Assembly: GCA_964391985.1 (NCBI GenBank)
Contig: CAYMOE010000008.1
Location: 19,090-83,089, forward strand
Direction of reading: 5' to 3'
DNA length: 64,000 nucleotides
Source of the DNA: an uncultured Pirellulales bacterium
GTDB lineage: Bacteria > Planctomycetota > Phycisphaerae > Sedimentisphaerales > Anaerobacaceae
The translations under genes and the position numbers were made by a program. Below the pieces are notes generated by a model, which was given only the letters and a program-made list of their open reading frames with translations, was not told the DNA's origin and searched no databases. Below, one piece after another: positions 37,133 through 46,719 of the stretch; position 1 is the stretch's first letter; each line of letters opens with the position of its first letter.

Positions 37133-39538
37133 ATGGGACGAGGTATGAAACGTATCGAAGCAAAAAGGTCATACAAGGTCGCAGCCGAACTTCTGGCGGC
37201 GGCTGTTCTTATAATGCTGGTTTGCAGTTGTCTAAGTTTTAATATAGGCGATTGGCCGAGCAGATTCGTATTTCCGCATAACCGGCCGGCGGCCAACCTC
37301 TGCGGTTCGATAGGTGCGTTTTGCGCTTATTATCTGCTGTATTATTTCGGACCGGGGATATATGTGCTTTTGATTGGGGGGATAAGTTATTTTGCGGTAA
37401 AACTTTTCGGCGGAACGGTCAGCCAGATTCCATTAAGGACGGTCGGATTGTTACTTTTAATGATAACCGGCTCGGCGAGCTTTTATAATCTTTGGCCTAA
37501 CTGGATTTATGAATTTCCAACCGGCTCAGGCGGAATTTTAGGTGTAGCTGTCGGTGATTTTCTAATAAAGAACTTTGCCGGATTAGGAACACTTATTCTT
37601 CTGGCTGCGACATGGGTTGTTGGTTTGGTGTTGGTAGCCGATTCGGCTATGTATGTGATAACATCAGCGATAAGATATTCGTTCGGCAAGGTTTTCGGTC
37701 TTGTCTCGCCGGCATGGTCTATCGCTCGGTCTCAATCGCAGGCAGTGGCGGATATTTGGCGCAAACTCAGCCAGAGACAAAAGCAGAAACAGCTCGAATC
37801 GGTCGGGTCTTTACAATATGAAAAAGATGTCGTTATTGAATCCGGCCTAAAGAATGTTTCTCTTCCGCCTGCGGCCGAAGAGAAAAAACAGCCTGCTCAG
37901 ATTAAGCTAACCAGTCAGCCGGCACCTAAAAAAGAAAAAGAATATATCCCGCCAAGTTACGAGGACTATACGCTGCCGCCGCTGGATTTACTGGCTGAAC
38001 CGGAGTACGGTTTCGCTGCGGTGCAGGGTAAAGTTGTTAAATCAAAAGCTGCTGCTCTTGAAAAACTGCTTAGTGAATTTAACGTCAATGCCAGAGTTGT
38101 CGAAGCCGAAACAGGGCCGGTTATAACTATGTTCGAGCTGGAACTGGCGGCGGGCGTGAAGGTCAGCCAAATATCAGCCTTGTCGAACGATATTGCCAGA
38201 GCTCTTGGAGCCGGAGCTGTGCGAGTAGTCGCGCCGCTGCCGGGAAAACATACCATCGGCATAGAAGTTCCCAACAGCGAAAAAGAAAAAGTGCGTATTA
38301 AAGAGCTTATACAAATGGCCGCTGGAAAAGCCGAGCGAATGGCGATTCCGTTATTCTTAGGAAAAGATTCGTCCGGCGAAGCGCTGGTTTCGGATTTGGC
38401 CTCGATGCCTCATCTTTTGATTGCAGGAACGACCGGTTCGGGAAAAAGTGTCTGCATCAACAGTATTATCGCGGGAATTCTCGTTACGAGAAGACCGGAT
38501 GAAGTGAAAATGATTATGGTTGACCCGAAAATGGTCGAGATGACTGCTTTTAATACCATACCGCACCTGATGAGTCCGATTGTTACTGAAACTCAGCGGG
38601 CAGTTCAAATTTTAGAATGGGCTACGGTAAAAATGGACGAAAGATATGCCCTTCTTGCCGAGGCCCGCGTTAAGAATATCAGAGAATATAACAGCTTGAG
38701 CACGCAGGAAATCATAGAAAGATTTAACCCCAGCACGCAGGACGAAGAAGCCAAGATTCCTAAAAAGCTCGAATACATTGTGATAATAATCGACGAATTG
38801 GCTGATTTGATGATGACTGCTCCGAAGGAAATCGAAGCGTATATCGTCAGATTGGCGCAGAAAAGCAGGGCGGTCGGAATACACATTGTTTTGGCGACGC
38901 AAAGACCTCAGGCGACAGTGGTTACCGGCTTGATTAAATCGAATATGCCCACAAGAATAGGCTTTAGAGTAGCGGCTCGAATGGACAGCCGAATCATCTT
39001 AGACCAGAACGGGGCGGAAACGCTGCTTGGCGAAGGTGATATGCTTTTCTTAAAACCCGGAACCAGCGATTTAATCCGAGCACAGGGAACATTCCTTGAC
39101 GATATGGAAGTCAAACGGATTGTCAAACATCTCAAGGAAGTTGCAGAACCGCAATTTCATCCGGAGCTTACACAGCTTAATCGGGTTGATGCATCGGATA
39201 TGCCGAAGGACGAATTTTTTGACCAAGCGGTCAGGATTGTTCTTGAAACCAAGCGAGGAAGTGTGTCACTGCTGCAGCGGCGGCTGAGCGTCGGATATGC
39301 CAGAGCCTCGAGAATGATTGAAACTATGGCAGCAGCCGGAATCCTCGGAGAATATAAAGGCAGCCAAGCCCGCGAGGTGTTGGTGACACTCGAAGAATAT
39401 GAAAAGATGCGCGAGCAGTCCGAATCGAATGAGCAGGTAGTTACCGCCGAACATAACGACCCTGAAGAACCGGCATATGTCAGCGAAGGCCAAATGGGCT
39501 ATGTTGCTCTCGAAGAAGACGATGAAGATAACCATTGA
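37133..39538 (+). CDS. ftsK: DNA translocase FtsK/SpoIIIE
   Basis: 801 aa. It has an N-terminal 4-TM domain, a linker, a motor domain with GTTGSGKSVCIN (Walker A) and IIIDELADLMM (Walker B), and a gamma winged-helix domain (SVSLLQRRLSVGYARASRMIETM). Confidence 0.9.
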   Translation: MGRGMKRIEAKRSYKVAAELLAAAVLIMLVCSCLSFNIGDWPSRFVFPHNRPAANLCGSIGAFCAYYLLYYFGPGIYVLLIGGISYFAVKLFGGTVSQIPLRTVGLLLLMITGSASFYNLWPNWIYEFPTGSGGILGVAVGDFLIKNFAGLGTLILLAATWVVGLVLVADSAMYVITSAIRYSFGKVFGLVSPAWSIARSQSQAVADIWRKLSQRQKQKQLESVGSLQYEKDVVIESGLKNVSLPPAAEEKKQPAQIKLTSQPAPKKEKEYIPPSYEDYTLPPLDLLAEPEYGFAAVQGKVVKSKAAALEKLLSEFNVNARVVEAETGPVITMFELELAAGVKVSQISALSNDIARALGAGAVRVVAPLPGKHTIGIEVPNSEKEKVRIKELIQMAAGKAERMAIPLFLGKDSSGEALVSDLASMPHLLIAGTTGSGKSVCINSIIAGILVTRRPDEVKMIMVDPKMVEMTAFNTIPHLMSPIVTETQRAVQILEWATVKMDERYALLAEARVKNIREYNSLSTQEIIERFNPSTQDEEAKIPKKLEYIVIIIDELADLMMTAPKEIEAYIVRLAQKSRAVGIHIVLATQRPQATVVTGLIKSNMPTRIGFRVAARMDSRIILDQNGAETLLGEGDMLFLKPGTSDLIRAQGTFLDDMEVKRIVKHLKEVAEPQFHPELTQLNRVDASDMPKDEFFDQAVRIVLETKRGSVSLLQRRLSVGYARASRMIETMAAAGILGEYKGSQAREVLVTLEEYEKMREQSESNEQVVTAEHNDPEEPAYVSEGQMGYVALEEDDEDNH

Positions 39539-39619
39539 TAGCAGCGTTAATCAGAATCGAACATCTTGGCGGAGAATGAACTAGCTGCCGGTAAATTTTA
39601 ACACAAAGGAAACATCCCG

Positions 39620-40717
39620 ATGCGCAGAATTTACGCGAAGTACGCGAAACTATTAATAAATTATTCTCTGGGCCTGAAAAAGGGTGACAGGATTTTAGTT
39701 CAATCAACATATCTTGCCGAGCCGCTTCTCAGAGAGGTTCACAAAGCCGCCCTTGAGGCCGGTGCGCATCCGGAATACAGCATCAGTTTTCACGGACAGG
39801 ATAAAATCTTCTATGATTTCGGCAGCGATGAGCAGTTCGGTTATGTAAGCCCCAGACTGAAATTAGCGGGCAGTGAATACGAAGCGATGCTTTATATTTT
39901 AGCGCCTTTTGATATGAAGGAGCTTGTCGATGTTGACCCTGCGAAAATTCAAAAAGTGCACGTCGCGCGGGGCGAGATTAATAAAATAATGTTAAAAAGA
40001 CATTCGCAGGGAAATTTTAGGTGGACACTTTGCGTTTTTCCAACCGCTGCCGCAGCAAGAGAATGCAAGATGAGCATAGCTGAATATCGCCAGTTCGTAT
40101 TTTCAGCGTGTTTTCTGCTCGAAGATGACCCTGTTGCAAAATGGAATCAGTTAAGAGACGACCAGCAGCGAATTGTCGATTACCTGACCGGCAAAGAGCA
40201 GATACAATTTTTAGGCAGAGATATTGATGTAACTTTTTCAGCGAAAGGCCGTAAGTGGATAAATTCTTCGGGAACTAATAATATGCCCTCGGGCGAAGTA
40301 TTCACATGCCCCGTCGAGGATTCTGTTAACGGAAAAATCAGATTTTCTTATCCCGGATTTTATATGGGCAAGGAAATAGAAGATATAGTTCTCGAAATTC
40401 AAAACGGCGAAGTTGTACAATCCAGCGCGACGAAAGGAAAAGAGCTGCTCGATAAGATTCTTGAAATCCCCGGAGCCAAAAGATTCGGTGAAGCGGCCGT
40501 GGGAACAAACCACAGGATAACCAAGTTTACAAAGAATATGCTTTTCGATGAAAAAATCGGCGGGACAATCCATATGGCACTGGGGACATCACTGGCCGAA
40601 GCCGGCGGGGTGAACGAATCGGCGATTCATTGGGATATGCTGGCCGATATGCACCAAAGCGGACAAATTTTCGCCGACGGCGAGCTGGTCTATGAAAACG
40701 GTAATTTCCTAATCTAA
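39620..40717 (+). CDS. Aminopeptidase, M29 (AmpS/PepS) family
   Basis: 365 aa. YAKLLINYSLGLKKGDRILV..., ...NMPSGEVFTCP... and HMALG...IHWDM are typical of thermophilic metalloprotease M29 family members. Confidence 0.8.
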   Translation: MRRIYAKYAKLLINYSLGLKKGDRILVQSTYLAEPLLREVHKAALEAGAHPEYSISFHGQDKIFYDFGSDEQFGYVSPRLKLAGSEYEAMLYILAPFDMKELVDVDPAKIQKVHVARGEINKIMLKRHSQGNFRWTLCVFPTAAAARECKMSIAEYRQFVFSACFLLEDDPVAKWNQLRDDQQRIVDYLTGKEQIQFLGRDIDVTFSAKGRKWINSSGTNNMPSGEVFTCPVEDSVNGKIRFSYPGFYMGKEIEDIVLEIQNGEVVQSSATKGKELLDKILEIPGAKRFGEAAVGTNHRITKFTKNMLFDEKIGGTIHMALGTSLAEAGGVNESAIHWDMLADMHQSGQIFADGELVYENGNFLI

Positions 40718-41257
40718 AGCCGATTCGGAATTTTCCAGTTTTTTACATTGTTCAATCGTTTTTTTCACCTGCCATTGTACGAAATGCGGCGCACCAAAAA
40801 TAAAATAAATGCCGACCGAAGCTGTTAGTAAAATATTCAGTATCTCATAAATTATGGATCGAGGAATGGTTCCTACCTCCGTATATTGTCTTAAAACATA
40901 GAGAAAAATTGTCCATCGTGATACCGTCGTGACAAGGCAATATAAACCTGCAAACATACAGCATAATCGCAAAGCCGCCGGAAACCAATTAACCTGTTCT
41001 TCAGATTCATAACCAGTTGGTATCCCGACGATTTTTTCTGCAAGCCAGTCCCTGAGATAGAAAAAAAAGTACCAGATAAGCAGAATAATTATTGGTATCA
41101 TAAAAAGCCCGACCAATAGAGGCCATAAAGATTTCCATGAAAATAATGAAGTGCTTATAAGTATTGCAACTTGAAAAACTTGGGGGATAAGTCTAATAAT
41201 AAAATAAATTCCCATCGCAGCCAAAATAATTTTTGCGACGACTTTTGCATAACTCAT
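40709..41257 (-). CDS. Hypothetical polytopic membrane protein (paralog B)
   Basis: 182 aa with four to five hydrophobic segments. The C-terminal GAPHFVQWQVKKT matches GAPAFVKWQVRKN of the upstream paralog. Its 3' end overlaps the convergent aminopeptidase gene by 9 nt. Confidence 0.5.
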   Translation of the reverse strand: MSYAKVVAKIILAAMGIYFIIRLIPQVFQVAILISTSLFSWKSLWPLLVGLFMIPIIILLIWYFFFYLRDWLAEKIVGIPTGYESEEQVNWFPAALRLCCMFAGLYCLVTTVSRWTIFLYVLRQYTEVGTIPRSIIYEILNILLTASVGIYFIFGAPHFVQWQVKKTIEQCKKLENSESALD

Positions 41258-41835
41258 ATTTGCTCTCCTGTGAAGGTTTTTGGATTAGCTGATATTTTGG
41301 TGAAATTTTTTCTCACCTGCCATTTAACAAAAGCCGGAGCGCCGATGATTAGGTAAATTATCAGGCAGGTGTGCGCTAAGTCTTTTAACAACATCAGCAA
41401 GTCCATAAAGTTTTTGGGAAGATGATGGTTGTAAATCTCCGCACCGAAGGTTGTGAACAATAAGGCTCGCATCATTGAAAACAATTCAGGCAGGACGGCA
41501 ATATTTCGTCTGAGTACCCATGGAAGAAATATTAGACCTGAGAATATAATCGTTATTCGCAAAGCTTTTATAAAATCAGAAAGTTCAGCCGATTTATCTT
41601 CGGGCGCAGGTCGGCCCGACAAAAAGAGAGCACATCCGCTTTCTCTGATAAACCCGGAGTACACAACTAAGCACAACAGCAGTCCGAAAGATACGAGTAT
41701 TACAATCGGATTGCCGTATAAGCATTTATCTGCGGAACAGGTAGATATAACCAGTGACAGCCCAAGAACGGTATGCAAAGCGAAAAGTCCGAGCGCCAAG
41801 ACAACACATTTTGCAAAAACCTGCATTTTTGTCAT
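41254..41835 (-). CDS. Hypothetical polytopic membrane protein (paralog A)
   Basis: 193 aa with multiple hydrophobic segments. Its stop overlaps the start of paralog B by 4 nt. Confidence 0.5.
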   Translation of the reverse strand: MTKMQVFAKCVVLALGLFALHTVLGLSLVISTCSADKCLYGNPIVILVSFGLLLCLVVYSGFIRESGCALFLSGRPAPEDKSAELSDFIKALRITIIFSGLIFLPWVLRRNIAVLPELFSMMRALLFTTFGAEIYNHHLPKNFMDLLMLLKDLAHTCLIIYLIIGAPAFVKWQVRKNFTKISANPKTFTGEQI

Positions 41836-42224
41836 ATTCTTTTGCTCCCGTAAATGGCTGGGGTATTTTATAAGTAAATACGCTTACAGTCGAATTTTCT
41901 TTTAAATTTTTACTAAAACCCGCGTTTTCAGTATTGAAAACAGCGATTTTCTGCCGATATAAAAAAAGTCTTGCATAATTTTTTGCGGGAGGTTATATTT
42001 CCGTGTTTACGAGCTCCATCGAATGGGGTAGCTCTATTGAATTGAGAATTTAAAGTTAAGATTCGAAATTCAAACGGGGTCAGCAGTATCACGGCGTGGC
42101 TGACTCAAGCCTCCGGTGGAGTCCTGTCGGGCCTGTTTATTGGGCTTCCGTGACAGCTTGGTTAATATGTTTTGTACTGTAATATTGTATTTGCGGATTG
42201 CGCTGAATATTAGCAGGACGAGAA

Positions 42225-42296
42225 TACCCGGTGGTGTAATTGGTAACACATGGGCTTTTGGTGCCCATTTTCCAGGTTCGAGTCCTGGCCGGGTAG
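42225..42296 (+). tRNA. tRNA-Gln (anticodon TTG)
   Basis: The 72-nt sequence TACCCGGTGGTGTAATTGGTAACACATGGGCTTTTGGTGCCCATTTTCCAGGTTCGAGTCCTGGCCGGGTAG folds by hand. It has a 7-bp acceptor stem with the U1:A72 pair typical of bacterial tRNA-Gln, an anticodon loop TTTTGGT and a T-loop TTCGAGT. CCA is not encoded. Confidence 0.85.
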
Positions 42297-42343
42297 ATTA
42301 GTAAAGGTAAAAGTAAAAAGGCAAAACGTAAAGTTAAATCCTT

Positions 42344-43330
42344 ATGGCGCAAAAGGTTGCGATAATTTTGGCGGCAGGTGTGAGCAGTCGGATGAAAACC
42401 GAGCTGCCGAAGGTTCTGCATGAAGTTTGCGGCAGGCCGATGCTTGCTTACGTACTCGATGCCTGCAGAGAAGCCGGTGCTGAAAAGATATATGTGGTCG
42501 TCGGTTACGGCTCAGAGCAGGTTAAAGAATACTTTGCTGATTGCAGCGATATTGTTTGGGTCGAACAGAATCAGCAAAAAGGAACCGCCCATGCGGTATT
42601 GTGCTGCAAAGAGCACTTGAAAGATTTTGACGGCCAGACGCTGGTGCTTTGCGGGGACGGGCCTTTGATTCGCTCGGAAGTTCTCAAGGCTTTGGCAGAA
42701 AAATACGAAACCCAAAAGCCCGCGGCAGTACTGGCAACAGCGATTTTGGAAGACCCGACCGGTTACGGCAGAATAATTCGCGACGAAAACGGAAATCTTA
42801 AAGGAATCGTCGAGCATAACGATTGCACGGAGCATCAGCGGCAGATAAAAGAGATTAATCCAAGCTATTATTTGTTCAATAATAAGGTGATGTTTGACGC
42901 TTTGGCACAGGTGAAGCCCGATAATGCCAAAGGGGAATACTATTTAACCGATGCTTTGGCGATTATTTTATCCAAAGGCCATAAAATCGCTGCGATTACT
43001 GCTGTTGAGCCTGAAGAAGCTATAAGCGTCAATGACCGCCGACAGCTTAGTATGGTTGGCAAGATTTTGCAGCAGAGGATTCAGAAAAAACTGATGATTA
43101 GCGGTGTAACAATTGTTGACCCTAATAATACATGGATTGACGTGCGGGTGCAAATAGGGCAAGATACGATTATTGAGCCTTTTTCATATATCCAAGGAAG
43201 GGTTAAAATAGGTAAGGCTTGCAGGATTGGGCCTTTTGCATATATTCCCGATGGTTCGGTCTTGGCTGACGGAGAGATTTTGGATGTTTTTTCAAAAATA
43301 GACGGTGCTGCTAAAGGATTTCGCGGGTAA
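42344..43330 (+). CDS. glmU: GlmU-like N-acetylglucosamine-1-phosphate uridylyltransferase with a truncated left-handed beta-helix domain
   Basis: 328 aa. IILAAGVSSRMKTELPKVLH is the LAAGxGTRMxSxxPKVLH pyrophosphorylase signature. Only about 80 aa of hexapeptide-repeat sequence follow, compared with about 200 aa in the 456-aa E. coli GlmU. The gene order is the conserved glmU-prs-ctc-pth. Confidence 0.75.
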   Translation: MAQKVAIILAAGVSSRMKTELPKVLHEVCGRPMLAYVLDACREAGAEKIYVVVGYGSEQVKEYFADCSDIVWVEQNQQKGTAHAVLCCKEHLKDFDGQTLVLCGDGPLIRSEVLKALAEKYETQKPAAVLATAILEDPTGYGRIIRDENGNLKGIVEHNDCTEHQRQIKEINPSYYLFNNKVMFDALAQVKPDNAKGEYYLTDALAIILSKGHKIAAITAVEPEEAISVNDRRQLSMVGKILQQRIQKKLMISGVTIVDPNNTWIDVRVQIGQDTIIEPFSYIQGRVKIGKACRIGPFAYIPDGSVLADGEILDVFSKIDGAAKGFRG

Positions 43331-43334
43331 TAAT

Positions 43335-44282
43335 ATGGATAACACTTTAAAAATATTTTCTGGGACAAGTAATCCGGCTTTGGCGCAGAAAGTTTGCGAT
43401 TATCTCGGTATTAAACTCGGCAAGTGCAATATAGAGGTATTTCCCGATGGCGAAAAAGTCATCAAGCTCGAAGATGACGTACGCGGCAGGGATTGTTTTA
43501 TCATTCAATCGACCTGTATGCCTCAGGAAATAAATCTTGTAGAACTGCTGATTTTTATAGATTGTCTCAAAAGGGCTTCTGTAAGCAGGGTTACTGCGGT
43601 AGTACCGTATTACGGATACGCAAGACAGGACAGAAAAGATGAGGGACGAGTGCCTATTACCGCAAAACTTGTCGCGAACCTTATAACAACCGCCGGAGCC
43701 GACAGGGTTTTGGCGATAGATTTGCACGCTCCGCAGCTTCAGGGGTTTTTTGATATACCGGTAGACCACCTTGCCGGCGAGCTGGTGCTGAAAAGATATT
43801 TTAAGCAGCAGAATTTAGAGAACCTGACCGTTGTTGCTCCTGATGTCGGCAGTATGAAAAACGCAGCTAAATATGCTACGCATCTGGGCGGCGATTTGGC
43901 TACGGTACATAAAAGAAGGATTAGCGGCAAAGAAGTCAAAGCTATGGAGATAATCGGAACAGTCGAGGGTAGAAATGTTCTAATGTGCGATGACATCATA
44001 GCTACCGGCGATACGGTTTCAAGAGCTGCTGAGTTAGTAAGACAACGAGGGGCGAAAAAAATATTTGTCGGAGCCACGCACGGCGTGTTTTCAGGTGATT
44101 CGATTGAAAAACTTAAAAAGGCTCAGGTCGACGAGATAGTTGTTACCGACACGATTATGCAAAGCGAAAAGGTGCTTGCGGCAGGTATAAAAGTTTTAAG
44201 CGTCTCCGAAATGCTCGGCGAGGCGATTATGAGGATTCATAAAAATCAGTCAGTAAGCAGTTTGTTCGGGAAAAACGGGTAA
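43335..44282 (+). CDS. prs: Ribose-phosphate pyrophosphokinase
   Basis: MDNTLKIFSGTSNPALAQKV...FPDGE...YYGYARQDRK...DLHAPQLQGFF...CDDIIATGDT. I chose the ATG at 43335, four nt after the glmU stop, rather than the upstream ORF-track start. Confidence 0.95.
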   Translation: MDNTLKIFSGTSNPALAQKVCDYLGIKLGKCNIEVFPDGEKVIKLEDDVRGRDCFIIQSTCMPQEINLVELLIFIDCLKRASVSRVTAVVPYYGYARQDRKDEGRVPITAKLVANLITTAGADRVLAIDLHAPQLQGFFDIPVDHLAGELVLKRYFKQQNLENLTVVAPDVGSMKNAAKYATHLGGDLATVHKRRISGKEVKAMEIIGTVEGRNVLMCDDIIATGDTVSRAAELVRQRGAKKIFVGATHGVFSGDSIEKLKKAQVDEIVVTDTIMQSEKVLAAGIKVLSVSEMLGEAIMRIHKNQSVSSLFGKNG

Positions 44283-44321
44283 TTGATAAAAAGATATTTT
44301 TTGTGGTTTAAGTGAGGCAGT

Positions 44322-44975
44322 ATGGACAAGACTTTCAAATTAAAAGCGCAAATCAGAGACAAAAAAGGAACCAAAGCGTCTCAGGATATAAGAGACAGCG
44401 GGCGAATCCCGGCGGTTGTTTACGGGCACAAGGAAGATGCAGTGTCGGTGTCGCTTGACAGACATGATTTTACCGAGGGTGTTCATCACGGTCGACGTCT
44501 TATCGATCTTGCGGTCGGCAAGAAGAATGAAACTGTGATTATCAGAGATGTGCAGTACGATTATCTCGGCAAAGAAATTATACATGCTGATTTAATGAGA
44601 GTAAGCGCATCTGAACGCATCGAGGTCAATGTGCAGGTTGCGCTTAAAGGCACGGCCAAGGGACAAAAAGAAGGCGGTATTGTCGAGCTGCATGCGGCCA
44701 GCGTAGAGGTCGAATGCCCTGTAACCCAGATACCTGAGTCTATTATTATTAAAATAGATGACTTGGACCTCGAAGGGAAAATTTTTGCACGTGATGTTCA
44801 GCTTCCTCAGGGTTTGAAGATGGTATCTGACCCCGAAACACTGGTCGTATCCTGCCACACGGTTGAAGAAGCCAAGACAACCGAGGAAATCGAGGCTGAA
44901 GCACCGGCAGGGCCTGAAGTTATCGGCGAAGTTAAAGAAGATGCTGAACAGGCTGAAGAACAACAGAAAGAATAA
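44322..44975 (+). CDS. rplY: Ribosomal protein L25 / general stress protein Ctc form
   Basis: 217 aa with RDSGRIPAVVYG...VQYD...IHADL motifs and an acidic C-terminal extension. Confidence 0.9.
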   Translation: MDKTFKLKAQIRDKKGTKASQDIRDSGRIPAVVYGHKEDAVSVSLDRHDFTEGVHHGRRLIDLAVGKKNETVIIRDVQYDYLGKEIIHADLMRVSASERIEVNVQVALKGTAKGQKEGGIVELHAASVEVECPVTQIPESIIIKIDDLDLEGKIFARDVQLPQGLKMVSDPETLVVSCHTVEEAKTTEEIEAEAPAGPEVIGEVKEDAEQAEEQQKE

Positions 44976-45014
44976 CTTCTTTTTGGAATTGTCTGATTAT
45001 TGGGGATTACGAAA

Positions 45015-45611
45015 GTGAAGATAATCGCAGGACTTGGTAACCCCGGTAAAGAATATGAAGGTACTCGGCATAATGTGGGATTCGATGTAATTGATGTTTT
45101 GGCCGGGAAACTGAATATAGATGTAAAACGAAGGAAGTTTTCGGCTCGCTTCGGTCAAGGCGAGATAGACAATGACAAGTTGATATTGCTTAAACCGTGG
45201 ACGTTTATGAATCGCAGCGGCGAGGCTGTGGCGACGGCTGTAGGGTTTTATAAGATTGAGTTGGGGTCCTTGCTGGTAGTAACGGATGATATGGCCCTTG
45301 AACCCGGCAGAATCCGTCTTAGAGCCAAAGGTTCCGCAGGCGGGCATAACGGTTTAAAAGACATAATCGAAGAGCTTGGCTCTGAGGACTTTGCGAGGCT
45401 GCGGGTCGGAATCGGTTCGGCAAGGCAGCAGGAAACAGAATACAGCTCGCCCAGTGCCAGAGATTATGTTTTAGGGCGGTTTGAAAAACAGGAAAAAAAG
45501 ATTTTAGATACCGCGGTTGAAAGGGCGGTACAAGCGGTGATGTGCTGGATAACAAAAGGCATCGATGCTGCAATGAATGAATATAATAAAAACGGTGAGC
45601 ATGTTTTGTAA
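45015..45611 (+). CDS. pth: Peptidyl-tRNA hydrolase
   Basis: VKIIAGLGNPGKEYEGTRHNVGF...GHNGLKDI motifs are present. The GTG at 45015 gives the canonical N-terminus, whereas the ORF track begins at the TTG at 45000. Confidence 0.9.
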   Translation: MKIIAGLGNPGKEYEGTRHNVGFDVIDVLAGKLNIDVKRRKFSARFGQGEIDNDKLILLKPWTFMNRSGEAVATAVGFYKIELGSLLVVTDDMALEPGRIRLRAKGSAGGHNGLKDIIEELGSEDFARLRVGIGSARQQETEYSSPSARDYVLGRFEKQEKKILDTAVERAVQAVMCWITKGIDAAMNEYNKNGEHVL

Positions 45612-45659
45612 AAGTTTATATTGGAATATCTTGGGTTAAGATTTCCGGAGGTAAAACAA

Positions 45660-46136
45660 TTGAAAACGATGGCAGTGAAGTTGTATGAAGGAATGTTCTT
45701 GGTCGATACGGCGTTAGCAGCGTCGGACTGGGATGGCGTAAATGATTTTATTAGAGGGATACTCGAAAAAGCCGGAGCCGAAATCCTTTCGATGAAGAAA
45801 TGGGACGACAGAAAACTGGCTTATGATATCGCTGGTAAAAACAGAGGAACTTATGTCTTGGTGTTCTTCAAAGTCGGCGGCGGCAAGATAAGGGAAATCG
45901 AACGTTCGGTTCAGTTGTCCGAGAAGGTAATGCGAGTTCTTATTCTCAATATCGACGAGATGGGCCCGGAGCATATGGAAAAACCGACTCCGGCTATGGT
46001 AGCCGAGCAGACAGGTACAAGCGTTTCCCAGCAGCCCCAGAGCAATGAAGAGGAAGATGATACCTCTTTAGGAATCGATGAAATCGGAGAAATACCGAGC
46101 ATTGACGCGCTGGATGATATTGACGAGAAACAGTAA
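45660..46136 (+). CDS. rpsF: Ribosomal protein S6 (with acidic C-terminal tail)
   Basis: ...KLYEGMFLVD...GAEILSMKKWDDRKLAYDI...GTYVLVFF.... The TTG at 45660 lies 8 nt after GGAGG (45647-45651). The ATG at 45669 is an alternative start, and the ORF-track start at 45621 looks too long. Confidence 0.85.
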   Translation: MKTMAVKLYEGMFLVDTALAASDWDGVNDFIRGILEKAGAEILSMKKWDDRKLAYDIAGKNRGTYVLVFFKVGGGKIREIERSVQLSEKVMRVLILNIDEMGPEHMEKPTPAMVAEQTGTSVSQQPQSNEEEDDTSLGIDEIGEIPSIDALDDIDEKQ

Positions 46137-46201
46137 CAGTGGTTTAGCAATGCGGTATACAAGCCTAATCAGCGGTATATCGCAAGCAGAGGAACAGTGT
46201 T

Positions 46202-46621
46202 ATGGCTAATTTCAATAAAGTATTGATGATTGGCAATCTTACAAGAGACCCCCAGTTATCTTATCTGCCGACGCAGACGGCGGTGGTGGATTTCGGTATA
46301 GCGTCTAATCGTCGCTGGACGGGCAAAGACGGTTCTTCTAAGGAGAGCGTTTGTTTTGTCGACTGTCGTGCGTTCGGGCCGCAGGCAGAAACGATTAATA
46401 AATATCTCAGCAAAGGCAAAAATATATTTATAGAAGGCAGGCTCGATTTTGACCAGTGGACTGCTCAAGACGGAACAAAACGAAGCAAGCATCGGATAAC
46501 AGTCGAGAATTTTCAATTTCTCGGCGGTCCGGGTCCGGCGAAAAATCAGGCCGAACGTGGTGGTGAATCCGGCGAACAGGAGCTTCCTCCTGCCGGCGCG
46601 GATGATGATATACCGTTTTAG
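46202..46621 (+). CDS. ssb: Single-stranded DNA-binding protein
   Basis: MANFNKVLMIGNLTRDPQL... OB fold, with a Gly/Glu-rich tail ending in DDDIPF. Confidence 0.9.
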   Translation: MANFNKVLMIGNLTRDPQLSYLPTQTAVVDFGIASNRRWTGKDGSSKESVCFVDCRAFGPQAETINKYLSKGKNIFIEGRLDFDQWTAQDGTKRSKHRITVENFQFLGGPGPAKNQAERGGESGEQELPPAGADDDIPF

Positions 46622-46719
46622 TTCAGAGAATTAATATCGACAGAAGCTGTTAGCTGTCGGGGAAAAATAAGAATACGAAATAAATTAGTAAAATTAGTTT
46701 TGAGGGTTAGGTAGAAAAT

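Noticed and set aside
36940-37296. A 118-aa minus-strand ORF between the TPR lipoprotein gene and ftsK.
   Set aside because: It overlaps the ftsK start and its upstream region. Its composition is Arg/Ala/Ile-rich with no motif, and nothing supports it as a gene.
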